A program made the translations under genes and the position numbers. DNA of 64,000 bases from Trichoplax sp. H2 (Eukaryota). Each line of letters begins with the position of its first letter. Within the stretch, counting starts at the first letter, position 1. The DNA is taken from assembly GCA_003344405.1 (NCBI GenBank), contig NOWV01000014.1:124001-188000 (forward strand). The letters are read 5' to 3'. The notes under the pieces are model-generated. The model saw only the letters and a list, made by a program, of their open reading frames with translations. It had not been told where the DNA came from and made no database searches. Of the stretch, positions 13,585 through 27,975 are shown piece after piece.

Positions 13585-16157
13585 ATACGCCTGCTATAAA
13601 ATTAGATCAACACTACCTACAAAAGTATGCAATCGATTGACAGTAGGAATTAGCAACCGATCGATGATTCTATTTTCAAATGGCAATAGTTAGTCCAACC
13701 CCTCTCCTGCATAGGATGCTATCATGACAAAGCAGATGCTTGTCTTGGGCGTTGATCATTCCTACCTATATAGGTAGCTGTGAGTCATTGCATACTCTCC
13801 CTACTCACTTAGAGAATGATGGCTAAGAGCACAGGAACTAGCTGGTAGAAAGGTGTGACGGAATCGTAGGCTGTTCAATCCATCAGCCCTGTAATGATTC
13901 AATGAAACACCATTCTATTGATTTCTACACTTTGTGATTTGCCTTAATTAAGAGACTGGACCATATGTTCACCATGACGTGTTGTCATGAATAATCATAT
14001 TGCTACGGTCATGGTAAAACTAAATGATGACATGAGCTATTTTTAGTCCTGTAAATGATTCTAAAAACTCTGAGCTGAAATAAACACTGCAACTTCTCAT
14101 TTGTTAACACCGTGACAATAAGTAGAGATAGCAAGAGACTACCGTGTTACTGGGTGATATTTTCCATCAAAATCTATCAATAGATCAATCTTTAAAATAA
14201 TGCAAGTAAGCCAGTGATTCAGAATGCTGCACTAAATATTGAGATTTTAGCTTAACGAACGCGTTACTCAAGCAAAAAATAGCTTAATCCATCACAAAGT
14301 AAAGCGTCATGATTAATAGCTTAAAATGAATATGGCCAATTGGTCATGTATACTACTAATAATTATAATCTAATGGACAGCGTCCTTATTCATCAATTTC
14401 CATTACTTGCATTTCATTCGTGATTAGACAGATTGCACCATATGACTTCTTAGCGTTGCTATGGCTTATAATCATGTACTAGGCAGAATTATATGAATAG
14501 AAGTTGTAACTATCTTCGATATTCACCATATGACTTCTCAGCCCTACTGTAGATTATAACCGTATAGTAGACGTTATTACATGAACAAAAGTTATAATTT
14601 CATTCGATATTGTCCGCTTACTGTACAATTACTGGGCAGCTACTTGACTAACTAATGATCTTAAAAAGTAGGTCAACACCAAAGACACTTAACTAGAACG
14701 AATCAGAAATACATATTTTTAAATTCCATATTTAAAATATAGATTAAGTAAATGAGAAATTTCTATAGCAAAGCTCCTCCGTTCGCAAGATTTCCTATAT
14801 AGTTGTAATCAGTTTAAAAATAATAATTATAATCTGTTACTGCGGAATTGTAGAAATATCAACATAAAGAAGAGAATACGCGATCATATATTAAGCAATA
14901 GTACCCACATGAAATAGTAAGTAAAATTGCATATTTCGCTACTGTAACATAAAAAACGTAGCTTGCCATAAATTTTATGAATAGGTTAAAATTTTTAAAG
15001 CTAACTAACTGTTGCTAATATCTATTCTAGAACAGAGACATATACAGGGGCATTCTATATGAAATCTTGCGCTATTTTAAATGTCTTATCCTATTAAATT
15101 TTCGATTTGTTAGACTGATTCCTATCTGTAGAGCTTACCGCTTCGCTAATAATTATATTATTACATTTTAGAGTATACTCTAGCAAAATGTAGTATATAA
15201 ATAGTTCAGGATATAAATAGATCATTCTAAACGGATTTTATGCTTTAATTATTTTACTATATTATTCAGGATTTAACTCGTAAACTATTGCTTCTGATCA
15301 TAATATACTGATACTATCCTTACAAAACTGTTGCAATGAATATATGTTATATAGAAAATGTACTATAATAAAAGATTACTCCGGAATGATTCAGCATAAT
15401 GTTACCATTGAGTAAATTAGTGTACAATAACTGTGCTACTTTGTATCATCTTATGATTTATGCGATATAATTGATCTTAACATATTGAGCTAAAACACTT
15501 CAGTATGCTTAGTAGTACATCATCTACAATATTTTACTTTACTGGTTAATTCGATCATACTACCAGTAGCTATTAAATTTTGATTTTCACTATTCAAATC
15601 TTGCCATCCTAAAGAAGCAATGGTGTGTGATTACATAAGCATATATTTTACTATCAGATAGAAATAAGCTATTGTTATGATGATTCTAATTAGAACCCAT
15701 GATTAAGTTGTTATTGTCATCAAGTGATAATAAAATGTTTGCTCTCATTCAGAATGTTTGATATAGACTATTGTTCAAGTTGACATCAGCAACAGGAAAC
15801 ATCTACGTCAGTTGAGATTGATTCAGGCCTAATTAATTTCTATAATAAAAAGGGTGTCTAATTTATCCTAACCTACTTGCTTTTCTAACTAGATTAGCCA
15901 TAGTAAAGAGCGTGCGCTTTTCCAAAAATTACTATCATAGCTGTAGTAGGTTAGAAGTTGATCTTACTTAGCTAGACGATTGCTGGCATTTCCTACCATT
16001 ATTTTCCTCATTGATGTATCAGATCGTATCTTATTGAAAAGAAGGAGTTATATTACAACGATTATTGAACCTGCCTACCGGACAGAATAACTCGATCTTA
16101 GATTAACTATCACTACTTTGTTCATTTTAGCTGACTGATATTTTCCTATCTATCATC

Positions 16158-18080
16158 ATGGTTTTAGATGCAATAAGTGAAAATCAAACTGAATCAACTT
16201 TTCAACGTCGTAATAGTTGGCCACTTATTGAAGTACAGCAACAAGATAATTACAATCAAGAAGGTAATCTATGTCGGCTAACAACAAAACAACGGCGTAT
16301 CTTACGTGATTTCCGACGACTATCACAAGCAGTCGTTAGTATCCCCAAGAAGGATTCTCTTAAAAAATCCTATCAATCAATTCATTATGTTGCCGCTAGA
16401 GTAGGAGGAATAGCTAAAAAATGTATAGGGTTTTTATTTCAATATGTATGGGATATTGTTTCGGCAGATTATGCTTATATTTCAGAACGTGCCGATTTAG
16501 AAGGGAGTTCTGCTATGGATTCTTCTTTAGCCAATCTGTTGAAAAATGTTCGCTATGAAAATTATCAATTACGATTAGGCGATGATTTGTATGGAAACAT
16601 TGTTCGTATGCCGTGGAGTTATATCTTTAGCCTGATTGCGGCGGCTTATTTAGCTGTTAGTATAATCTTCACCTTTGCTTATTTCGTAGCCGATATTCTC
16701 GATCTGGATCTGTCTTCTTCAATTTGGCAATGGTTTGTTTATAGCTTATCGACAACAACGTGTTTAGGTTCAGACAGTCTTGATTCCGATCGTGTCCATC
16801 TTTTCATCTTATTGATTGCTAACTCGCAAGCATTTGTATCCCAATTATTATTAGCATTTGTCACTGGAATCGTTTTTGCTCGTTTTTCTCGAGGACGTAG
16901 TCAAATTCGCTTTGCTGATAAGTTAACAATAAACCCAGTCAATGGTATCGACTGTTTGCAAGGCAGATTAACTCCATGTCGGCCACGATTTGGTGTTATT
17001 GATTGTAATTTAAGGTTATTCGTTTCCAGACCATATCAGAGTAAAGAAGGAGAGCACGGTGTAAGGACTAAGTAAGTATGTCTATACTCGATGATGGTCT
17101 TAGTGTTACAAAGATTAGTATCATTTTTCCCCTAAGCTATCGCATATTTGACACCGATCGTTATCAGGAATCCCACAATTTAATTAATAAAATAGCATGG
17201 CTTTATTAATGTTATCTAGTTGGCATAGGATCAAGAAAATTGCACTTTGTTCTTTAAATAAATGGAATAGAAGAGTTCATTTAATATGTACAATTCCAAA
17301 TTGTAGACAAAAATGGCCAATTCTTAGCAATTTCATGCTAGAAAACATAATTATTAAAGCCTCTAGCAATTATAACTACAATTAACAAAATAAATTTAAA
17401 ACATAGGAAACTAATCCTTTCTTAATTGCTTACTATGAAGGCAAGTTCCTCTTTTAACTGAAACTCTACCAGCCATGTCAATAATGTTAAAGTTTACTCA
17501 TCGATTAGACGAATCTAGTGAAATTCGCCAAGCAATGGAATTGGGTGAAGATTATTATTTGTCTATTACTATTACTGGGGTGGATGCTTGTACTTTAAAT
17601 CCTATCTTTGATGTGAGAAGATATAAAGCCAACGATATCATAAAGTTAGTTTTACTACTACTATTAACCTAAATATACGAAAACAAATGTGTGTATATAT
17701 ATAAGTATAGAGAACACAATATAATCTTTTCTAAATCGTTAAATAATGCATTCCACGACGAAAGAAAAAATTTTTCGAGTTAATGCGTCTTTTATATTAT
17801 TTCTGACCTTGTTGAGATTCATATACTAATAGTAGGTAATATTAGATTCATAAGTAAATTACCTTAAGTATTTAGCAATTTAGCTATTATGTATGTCCGA
17901 CTTATTTCCTACTGTTTCTTCGATAGAAATTATAGATTTATCGATATGATTGAAAAGGTGAAACCGGAGCCTGGATTATCTCTATGCCATTCTAAAACCG
18001 TAATCGATTTCAATAAATTAAATAAAGTAACTCCTATAAAAGAGCCCAGCGAAAGTGACGATAAAGATAAAATGGACTAA
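16158..18080 (+). CDS. Atypical Kir/KirBac-like channel, copy 1 (423 aa; exons 16158-17071, 17441-17644, 17927-18080); filter CLGSD
   Basis: Slide helix DDLYGNIVRMPW, TM1, pore helix YSLSTTTCLGSD, TM2 ending TGIVFARFSR, cytoplasmic-domain motifs KEG, HRLDESS, TGVDAC, RFIDM, IDFNKL. GT-AG introns restore frame (1272 nt). Confidence 0.9.
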
Positions 18081-20211
18081 CAATAATCATTATTGAACAT
18101 GCGAACAAAATTTAACGAAATGAAAAATTATACCAATCTGCTTGGACAAAATAGTATTAGATATTAAATCAATTGCTTGGTTTTAATCAAAGGGAAGGAT
18201 CTGATGAAGACCCGGATAAAAAGTGATGTCTATGCAATAAATGAATATCTTCAATCGTCTTTTGCTTTGTATCTACACACAAAGCCTGATTTATACTTCG
18301 AGAGTGGCCACATCGAATACGAAAGATAAAATAAAATTGAATTTTCTACCAAATCAATTGTATAGAAAATCAGAACAGTATTTGATTGCTGCTCTAATAA
18401 TTTTATTTCTTATATGTATCTATCATACCATATAGAAAAAAATTTGCCACATCAGTGAGTAATTTACTGCACAAAGATAATTAAGAATTTTGCATATATT
18501 CTCTTCCGAATTCTGATCAATGTGAAACGTTAACTGAATTTGGCATTTTTAGGCCCGATATTAGCAATAAGACATTAAAGTTTACGTTAATCATGAATAC
18601 GGGTAGCATTAAATCACATTCATCGTTGTAGCATATTTGATTAGAATCTATTTATTTGTGTCATTAGTAATGATGATTTACAACAGAAATGCTTATGACT
18701 AGTAGCCAGGACAAATGTTAACTTAGTGGCATTGGTTATTCAATATCAGCTAAAAATACGTCAATTTTTATTAATAAGGATAATATAAATCATATTTATC
18801 AATCTACTGTATTCAGGTATTAAATTATTTATTCGCGTTCTTGGCAACGATGATAAATAAAGAGATAACTATGCAAAAAAAGTATTATTAAAAATTAAAC
18901 TTCCAAAAGCTAGCTATGAAATCTAGGTCGGAATTAATATGAATAGATGAATCTTCTAACAATGTGATGCATAACTAATTATTTCTAGACGAGAGATATA
19001 AAAATTTAACTCTTACACGGTATTATATGACAATATTAGTAGCTACAGCAGACTACAAAGATTGTATATATATACCTATGTTATACATCTATAAAATAGA
19101 TAAATCGTTACAGCAGCTATTGAGTAGAATTAATCATTTCTATATAGAGAAAGAGCTTTACCATGGTTATAAAAGAACTTATTATTCGCTCAAGAAATGA
19201 TGATAACTAGCTTAATTAGCAACGTTGCTATTGCTTAAGGTATTAATTAAGCACGATAAAAGTCGGAATCAAGCTATCATGAATGAATATGAATATCAAT
19301 TGTAATAGTAATTAATTGCAATCTAATGCCATAGATGATAACTTGCTGATAGAACGGTCAAATTGTAGCTGTTTAGCTACTTTAACAGTCAAATGTCATG
19401 GGTCTAATTACCGAGAGAAACCAATAAAATACATAGAAAAGCAAATAGTTTCTTATCTCATATCACGCTAATTAAATTAAACTACCGTACATTGAATCGG
19501 TTATTGGTATAATCCCAATTGTGCAGTTATCAAGATCTCCAATTACGTGTACCCTATCAAACTGGAAATAGTTAATAGTTATCAACTAATTTCTATAAAA
19601 TAAATTACAACTGGTGCCCGTAGCTGTCATCTATTTTAATAATACAATTCCCATGCTATGAGTACCACATAGCGAGACATTCTACCGCTATCGGACTGTA
19701 ATAAAGAAACCATGATATAGTTCGAATTTACTAGTGTACTAGATGAATGACCGCCAATATAATTTACGACAATGAATAAATTTATTGTTAAGAAATAGAT
19801 AATTATCTAAAAATAATAGTTAAATGGTCTCCCATAATAATAATTTCTTGGTAACATCTTCTCGTAATGATAGGACTTGCTATTACATGACCCTCAATCG
19901 CGTTAGTTTAATAACATTTCGGTAAACGATTATTTGATTTCCTGTTTTCATAGCCACGTATCGATGCTACTATTTGACTACTTTATCTGTAACAATCCAT
20001 TGTAAATTAAGTTCATGTTATTCTTTCTATAATTTGTCTGCCTAATATTGACATCGACTGAGATAATTCCATCTTGATAAAAGTATCATTTCCTGTTTAA
20101 TAGGTCTTAGCATATGTAATTCATATCATTTGTTGTCAAATCGGTGGAAAGAAAACGAATCGTTTCTTCACTCACTTACAAAAATCACAATACTAGCCGA
20201 ATACATTACAA

Positions 20212-21911
20212 ATGGCCGTCAATTTATCTAGTTCTGATCACCATCTTACTCAATATGAACGAATAAGGCGTCGACTTAGTTTGCCTAATTTTCAACAAGA
20301 TCCCATCGGTGATTCTATTCATCCTTCCGATCTAATTTCAAGTCAAAATCAACACCGATTTGGGCGTCATTATCGACGTGTATCCGTCGCTATGAGTAGA
20401 ATATCGGAAAGAGATTCAATTCAGAACAGTTTACGAGCAATCAGAAACATGATTTCTGCCATATACCAATTTATCAAGAAATGGATCATGGTGATTATTC
20501 AGCACGCTTGGGATATCATTTGTTTGAACTATGCGACTATGTCTGAACGTGCTGATCTTGAGGGACGATCGGCTATGGATTCCTTTTTAATTAAAATTCT
20601 AAAAAATGTCCGCTATCAAAATTATCAAATTCGGTTAGCTGATGATTTATATGGTAATATTATTCGCATGCCTTGGAGTTACATCTTTGGATTAATCGCT
20701 ATGATGTATTTATTTATTAGCGTTCTATTTACATTTACTTATGTAGCCGTTGATAGTCTTGATCTTCATTTGGGTTATTCATTTTGGCACTGGTTTGTCT
20801 TTAGTTTATCAACTACAACATGCCTTGGCTTAAGTAATCTCGATGCTGATCATGTTCATATCGGCATCTTGTTAATTGCTAACTTCCAAGCATTTATATC
20901 TCAACTATTACTAGCCTTCATAACTGGTATCGTATTTGCTCGTTTCTCACGAAGACGAAGTCAAATTCGATTTGCTGAAAAGTTGATTATAAATCAGATG
21001 GATGGTATTGATTGCATTCAAGGACGATTAACTCCACATCGGCCTCGATTTGGTATTTTTGATTGTAACATTCGATTGTATTTAAATCAGCCCTACGTTA
21101 CTAAAGAAGGAGAATGTGGACTTAGGACAATGTAAGAATTAATTTTCGCTCTATGTTAATGGAAGCCATGTTTAAAAGTTTCAAAGGGAGCGTTTACGAT
21201 TTTACTTGATTTGTTGATGATAGGCAACTCTACAGTAGCAATAGTAATTTCTTTTCATTAATTATACAAAGTATTAAATATTTTACATTCATTTTTCTAC
21301 TATCATTAGCTAAAATTTACTTCGTTATGAACGAAATGATATCGTTGATCACAATAGTTGTTTGATTGGACTTATGAAAGGCAATGACTAAAAATAATGT
21401 CTAATCTTACTATTCTAGAGAGGTTCCATTATTGATAAATAATGTCCCAACCATGGCTATCATGATGAAGTTTACCCATCGATTAGATGAATCTAGTGCA
21501 ATCAGAAAAATGATGATAGACCCTAACAGTGATTTTAGTTTAATAGCAACTCTCTCAGGTGTTGATGCTTGTACTCTAAATCCAATTTTTGACGTTAAAA
21601 GATACCATCGAGCTGATATCAAAAGGTGAGCTATACTTTATTATTCTTTTTAAACTTTAAATTATTAATATTTAGATATAAATTGAATTTGAAATTAGAT
21701 AAATTGACATTCTTTTAATATTATAATCATATAATAACGTTATTTTTACGGGATCATTTGTATTAGAGATCACAGGTTTGTTGACATGTTGGAAAGAATT
21801 TATACGAGTGAAACCGAAAGTGAAGTTCACATCGATCTCAATAAATTAGATCAAATCATACCAGATCAAAATGGAATTGAGAAAGCGAAGGATAAACAAA
21901 CTAAAGCATAA
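20212..21911 (+). CDS. Atypical Kir/KirBac-like channel, copy 2 (423 aa; exons 20212-21131, 21419-21625, 21767-21911); filter CLGLS
   Basis: Same motifs and the same phase-2 intron positions as copy 1. Exon 3 reads DHRFVDMLERI...HIDLNKLDQIIP. Confidence 0.9.
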
Positions 21912-24900
21912 AATAATAATCGACCTGAATTTCTACCTTGGATAAGCATACTATCGTAATAATCTCTTCTGCTAATTATAATTATTACTACACTCTTACT
22001 GCATAATCTTAATTTTTATCCTATATTACACAAAAATTACAATCTAGTAATTACGTCCAATAATATTGAAAATTTATTTCAACTGCTTATTATTGAAGAC
22101 ATTGAAGAAATTCCTATGGTTTAAATAAATAATTCGAAAAATTCCATCATTTTGTAATATGCAACTTTAGATACGCAGTTTGGTTTAGAGTTCATTTCTT
22201 TGAAACTAAAAACCAAATAAATACTATTATTAATAAATTATGTAACATTTAAATCACGCCAGAAATGAGATAATGAAGTAATTCAATTGTCATTTTTAAT
22301 TGGCATGAAGAACCATTTCCAATATCAACCAATAGGTCAAGATTTTCCTATATTTTAAATACTTTGTGCAATGCTACCGTTTGGTAATAGCCCAGTAGAA
22401 TAAGGTGCTTTATATCTAGAGCTTATGCCATCGAAATTGAAAGTAAAATTTCACCGATAGCAAACAAAAACTGAAGAAATTTCTAATATTAAAAGAAATA
22501 TGAATTTAAAATATCTAATAGTTCTCTCAATGGTATTGAAGACTTATTTCTAAACATATTATTTCTGAAATCTTTTAAAAGAATTTCTCCATCTTTTAAA
22601 CACTTTGAAGAGCTCTTTCATTTTGTAATTACCAAGTTGAATGCCTCACTTTATATCTAGAGCTTGCAACCATAAAACTGAAAACTATGTTTCTATTAGT
22701 TACAATCCATTGAAAAACTAGAGCAACTATTGGAATTAGGAAAAGCCAAGGCTAAAGTAAGCTAATGGATGGAAAAGCTATACCATGGTTGAGTAGCAAT
22801 CTTGACTGATGTCGCTGCTATCCCTTGAAATATTTATTACTATTTAACACAGCATGAATCTCATATGTATCCTAATCTATACCAATTTTTTCAATTTTCT
22901 AGTTATACTGATGGCATTAAAAAATTTTCTGTCTATACTTTAAAGAGCTCTATTAGTCTATTATAGTCAAAGAAGGCCCGTGGCATCGAGTGATGTGGCC
23001 TGCTATTCTGTATCATCTACAATACCAAAAGATTATACTGTGATCGCTATCATTTTTGTAAGTGCCGAATTAGGGAAAGCATATTACATTTATCTTGCCT
23101 ATTACTATATGACAGATACCGGCAAGGCTAAAAGATTTCGCTGAAGACGTTATCATTCTGTAATTATCGAATTAGGGTAGCATATCACACCTATTTATCT
23201 TGTCTACAGCTTTATATCCGTCATCATTGGCAAAGTTAAAGATTCGCTAAATTCAATCCAATTTCTTTATTTAATACTTTATAAATATAAAGTAACGTGT
23301 AAAGCTAATATACAAGGTAATCATCAATCCTTTTAAAAAATTGACGATAAAAGCAATGATATAACAACAATAGCGACAATATTATGAACAACCATCTGGT
23401 ATCAAGCAATTAATTACTATAGGAAAAATTAAAATTATCAATACTATCCTGATTTCTTCCAGGAATAACTAAGAGCATTTTGCAATACCATAACCAGTCT
23501 ATTAAACGACATGGAAATGAAAGCTGACAAAAAATACAATTAGCCACTCGGTATAAAATTGACGAGCTCGAAATTCCCAACTTTTCCCTGTAAATTGATC
23601 ATTAAAATTGCGTATGTTAATGGTCTGGTATCAGTCCAGATATAAGTATTGTAATTAATCATGAATAGAATATGTCAGTAACTGCTTATTTATGAAACTG
23701 TTTCGTATAGCAAATGGCGCAGAATCTGTATCTTGATGATTCTATGGAACATAATTTCATTCGATTGTTTGCAAGTTATTTCTGATTGGTACGAACACTA
23801 GACGGCTAATTGCCTAAGCTATTGTTACCTATAGGACTATAAAAAATCTATAGACTATATCAATAGCTTAATTTTAAAATTATTATAATAAATATAATGT
23901 GATCTTTATCCAAATACATCTATACAATGTTAATTTCAATCGCTGGAAATATAAGAATAGTAACTGCAAATAATTCTATCACTTCAGACAGCAATTGATC
24001 GAATTTACCAGTAGCCGGTTACAGATCTGTTAAAATAGAAAATAATTATTCAGAATTATCGCTAAAAGTTTATTAAATTGAATTCTTAAAGCTTGCATAT
24101 ATTAAAAGAAGTTATTAATGAACGTGTTAGTGTAGCCATCGATAATTATGGCATTTGAATAGATTATTCAATAGCTACAAAGTTGTTAAAATTAAGAAAA
24201 ACTTTCCTGTGTTTTAATAAAATCGATTCATAAATCATATAGTAAATTCAAATCTGACAGAATTTAATGCTGCGTTAAATTTAATTACAATAAAATTTTA
24301 AACTTAAGCGTATCCATAGCAATAAGACTATTTTAGCCAAAAATTTTTGTCAATCAAAGCCAGTAAAATATTTCGATCTGAAGACATATACAAGATTCCT
24401 TAATCTTTCAGAAGATGATAATGTAGTAAATGTGTCGATTACAATTTATTATTAAACACATCAGTAAGAAGTCTTAAGGTTGCCCTTTGAGAAGTAAACA
24501 GTATGTTTTTACATGAATTTAAGTAACTAATATCCATAATTGCAAGTAGTGGAGTGAAAAATCATGTAGTAACTCATATCTGTAACTAGTTTTGAACTTG
24601 GTTACCTGAAGGTAGCCAATCACCATCTATCCCGAAGAATTCCAGAAATTCAATTTTTAATGCTTACAAATACTAGGATGGGCTGTAACTAATAATATTT
24701 TTAATAAATGCGCTGGTAAGCACTATTTTTCAAGGCGAATTTGCGGAACTTAATATTTATCCCTCAGAAATTGAATTTGATTACCTTTAAATATTCATTC
24801 CAACGAAGACAGAACTAGTTTATTAACTAGATCATAGATTTGTGTAAATCTGCTAAAATAAATGGTAAGGATCTATCAAAATATCGTTATACAACTTAAT

Positions 24901-25559
24901 ATGTAGTCCTAAAAAAATGGTACAATTGATAATCATAGATAATCAAGCATCCAAAGGGAGACATGGTTATTGAGCAAATGGATCATTAAGTACAGTAGTA
25001 AAAAGGCATATCTATCCTTTTATATCACGACAAACTTATACAGCTTGATTTCTAGTTTTCGCCAATAGTCGAATGAGCAATCAGTAATATTCTTTCTAAC
25101 AAACATATCTCTCCTTGCCATTTTTTTCTTTATTATCCTATTTTAGCCTTAATAATGGAAAAATACCTATCAATTGAATAGACAATAAACTAACATACCA
25201 TTGACTGTAACCAGCAACGAAGATCTTACAAAATTTGTAACTGTATCATCATACTTCAATGGAGCTAACCTATGGTGACAGTAAATTTAATTATCAAATA
25301 TGAGCCTGAACTCAATAAGGTAAAAGCCCAAATACGATATCCTATACCGATATCATTTGCCTCAATACAGTAAAGCTTCACAAAATTGGTATTTCTAAAT
25401 CAACTTTACCACGATTTCATGGTCTACTTATCTTGAGCATATCGTTCTCATAGTTCACTTAAAAATTCAAGTATGAGATTATTTTGTATTACCCATAACT
25501 TATAGTACAGCATATTAGTATGCAGCAAATATTATTAAGAGCCATTTACTTCTATTTCA

Positions 25560-27975
25560 TGCTATACTATTAACCAATTGTCACAAAACAGCTTTGCAAC
25601 AAGATAACGCAATATACGATCAATAAGTCAATTCCTTGAACCACGTATCAAGGAACGATATCTGCACTATCACAAACACTTTTGCTCTACTAGCAGACTA
25701 CACAAAGACTTAAACGCCTCGTATTTTACGTTAAACACTAAGTTGGACAATTCTTCTTTATTTCACGATATACTGCATTTATATACTATTCCTCAATAGT
25801 TCATGAGTCATAGTTAATACAATTAACATTAGAATCATTTACTGAATTAGATATTAATTTTAGCTACTGCTCCCTTAATGCAGACAACAGTATTTACGAA
25901 CATAGACATATAATGACTAATACAGAATAGTCAGATAAGTAAATTACAATCACAATGATTCGAACTGTAAGCAGATGATTTGCATTCCCTATTAGAACTA
26001 TTAATTTCAGTATGTGTATAAGTGTCACTGTCATAAAAAGTCAGTGCTATATTAAAATACAGTATATCCAAATTAGAAGTTAACTAAATAAGGATAGTCT
26101 AACAGAATTATCCTAACATAGTTATTTCTACTGTAATACAGTATTTAACACTGTAACACCAATATATTCGATAATATAGTTATTCCATCTTTTTAATACC
26201 GATTTTACGGTATTAAATAACTCATCTATACAAATAATGGTATTTATTCACATTAACTATCTTACTTTCAAGTATATATCCTTTTATTTAAATATGTGAT
26301 AAAGCATCAAATAGAATTCGTCAGCGATGACATTCATACCGTGTAAAATTCTACAATTAATATTATTCAGTTAATTTGACTAATAGATAAGTAAAGCATG
26401 TCTTCTTTTTATTCAAATATGTGATAAACTGTCGAACAGAATCGGCTAATGATAACATCTATACCGCATAGAAAATTACGATTAACATCACAATCTATAT
26501 CATAGTTCTATCTCCTAACTTTTATATTGTAAATTACAATAAAGTAAAAAATTTTCGGACCTGTGATAAAGTGATCTTCAAAACAATAAATCAAGAACTA
26601 CAGTTTCTTGCAAATTTCACTTTATTACAGAAGTTAGGTTCGTCTAACTACCAAGGACTATCTGACTATCTGATAATCTACTTATTACAGCAAAATTCAG
26701 GATTTATTTACGATTAGTTACAGAATGCTTTTACTGTAACAAATCTTATCTTGCCCATTAAGTCGCAAGTTCAGATCTAAATTTACTATCGCGCAATCTA
26801 TTCATAATTCGCGCGTCTATTTAAAGCATTACAATACAATACTTACGGTACTAACATACTTAGCGCAAATCTATTTATATCTCAGATCTTTATATAAACA
26901 TCTTAATAGATTCGCTACAATACGTACTGTAAACATCTTCTACAAATAGACTCTTACACAATCTTACACTCTAGCTTACAAGTTAAGTTATTCTCGTACA
27001 GTCTTATAATAGTAATCTAAGCTATATTTGGGGCTGCACTACAGGACCTCACTGACTATTAACGACCTTTTAGCATATTTATTTATGTTAATACACTAGA
27101 AAGCTATTGTAAATCTGCTACATTTCATAATATTCTATCTTATCATCAATGCATGCTTTATTCGATTTTTTCGTATCAATTTATTTAGCAATTAACTTTA
27201 AGAGTACTATGTCATTTTATGGATCCATACCCTTTATATATTTTACTTTCAATGCATAGGAATCCAACGGAACCTAATTTAAATATTTTCATGATACATT
27301 GATCAAATACTGTTACAGTGTTACACACTGTAACATCGAGGTTAGCGTAGAAGTATCTATGCTAGGATAATTTTGTTGGTTTACTCTTATTCAGTGAGTT
27401 TCTAATTTAGATATGTAGTGCTTAAATATAGCACTAGCTTGTATTGCAGTGATATATGTACATACGGCATACTGAAATTAGCAATTAAATTAGGGAATTG
27501 AAAATAATCTTCATACAATTCAAATCACTATGATTGTAACCTACTTATGGTAGAGTGTACTGTAGGCTATCGTGGAAATATTCCGTGATAGGATATATTG
27601 TAATCTGATTATTTTGTATTAGTCATTAGATGCCTATGCTCATAAATATTGTTGTCTTCATTAGGTAGCAGTAGGTAAAATTAGCTTTTGATTCATTAGA
27701 AGGTTTCAACGTTAATATTACTAACCAGGATGTCTAAACTGTTGTAAAAGAGTATATAAATACGGTATATCTTATAACAAAGTTAGTTCTTAAGATTCGT
27801 GTTTAGCGTAAAATATGAAGCGTCTAAGTCTTTGTGAAGTCTACTAGTATAGGAAAAGTGTTCTGATAGAGTAGATATTACTCCCTGATACGTGGTTCAG
27901 GGAATCGACTTATTGATTGTACATTACGTTATCCTTTTGCAAAGCTGTTTTGTAACAAATAGTATCTGCATATGA
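25560..27975. repeat. Long diverged inverted repeat (arms ~25560-26160 and ~27310-27975, spacer ~1.15 kb); possible foldback/TIR transposon relic
   Basis: acaaaacagctttgcaa...tcaataagtc...tgaaccacgtatca...cacaaagactta (25583-25712) is the reverse complement of 27825-27955. Collinear matches continue to the inner ends (attatccta.cata / tatgctaggataat; aacactgtaaca / tgttacagtgtt). Confidence 0.85.
26562..27043. mobile_element. Probable solo LTR (482 bp, TG...CA) with 5-bp target-site duplication GGACC
   Basis: ggacc|TGTGATAAAG...CACTACA|ggacc, with GGACC at 26557-26561 and 27044-27048. A related copy ends at 46840. Confidence 0.72.
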
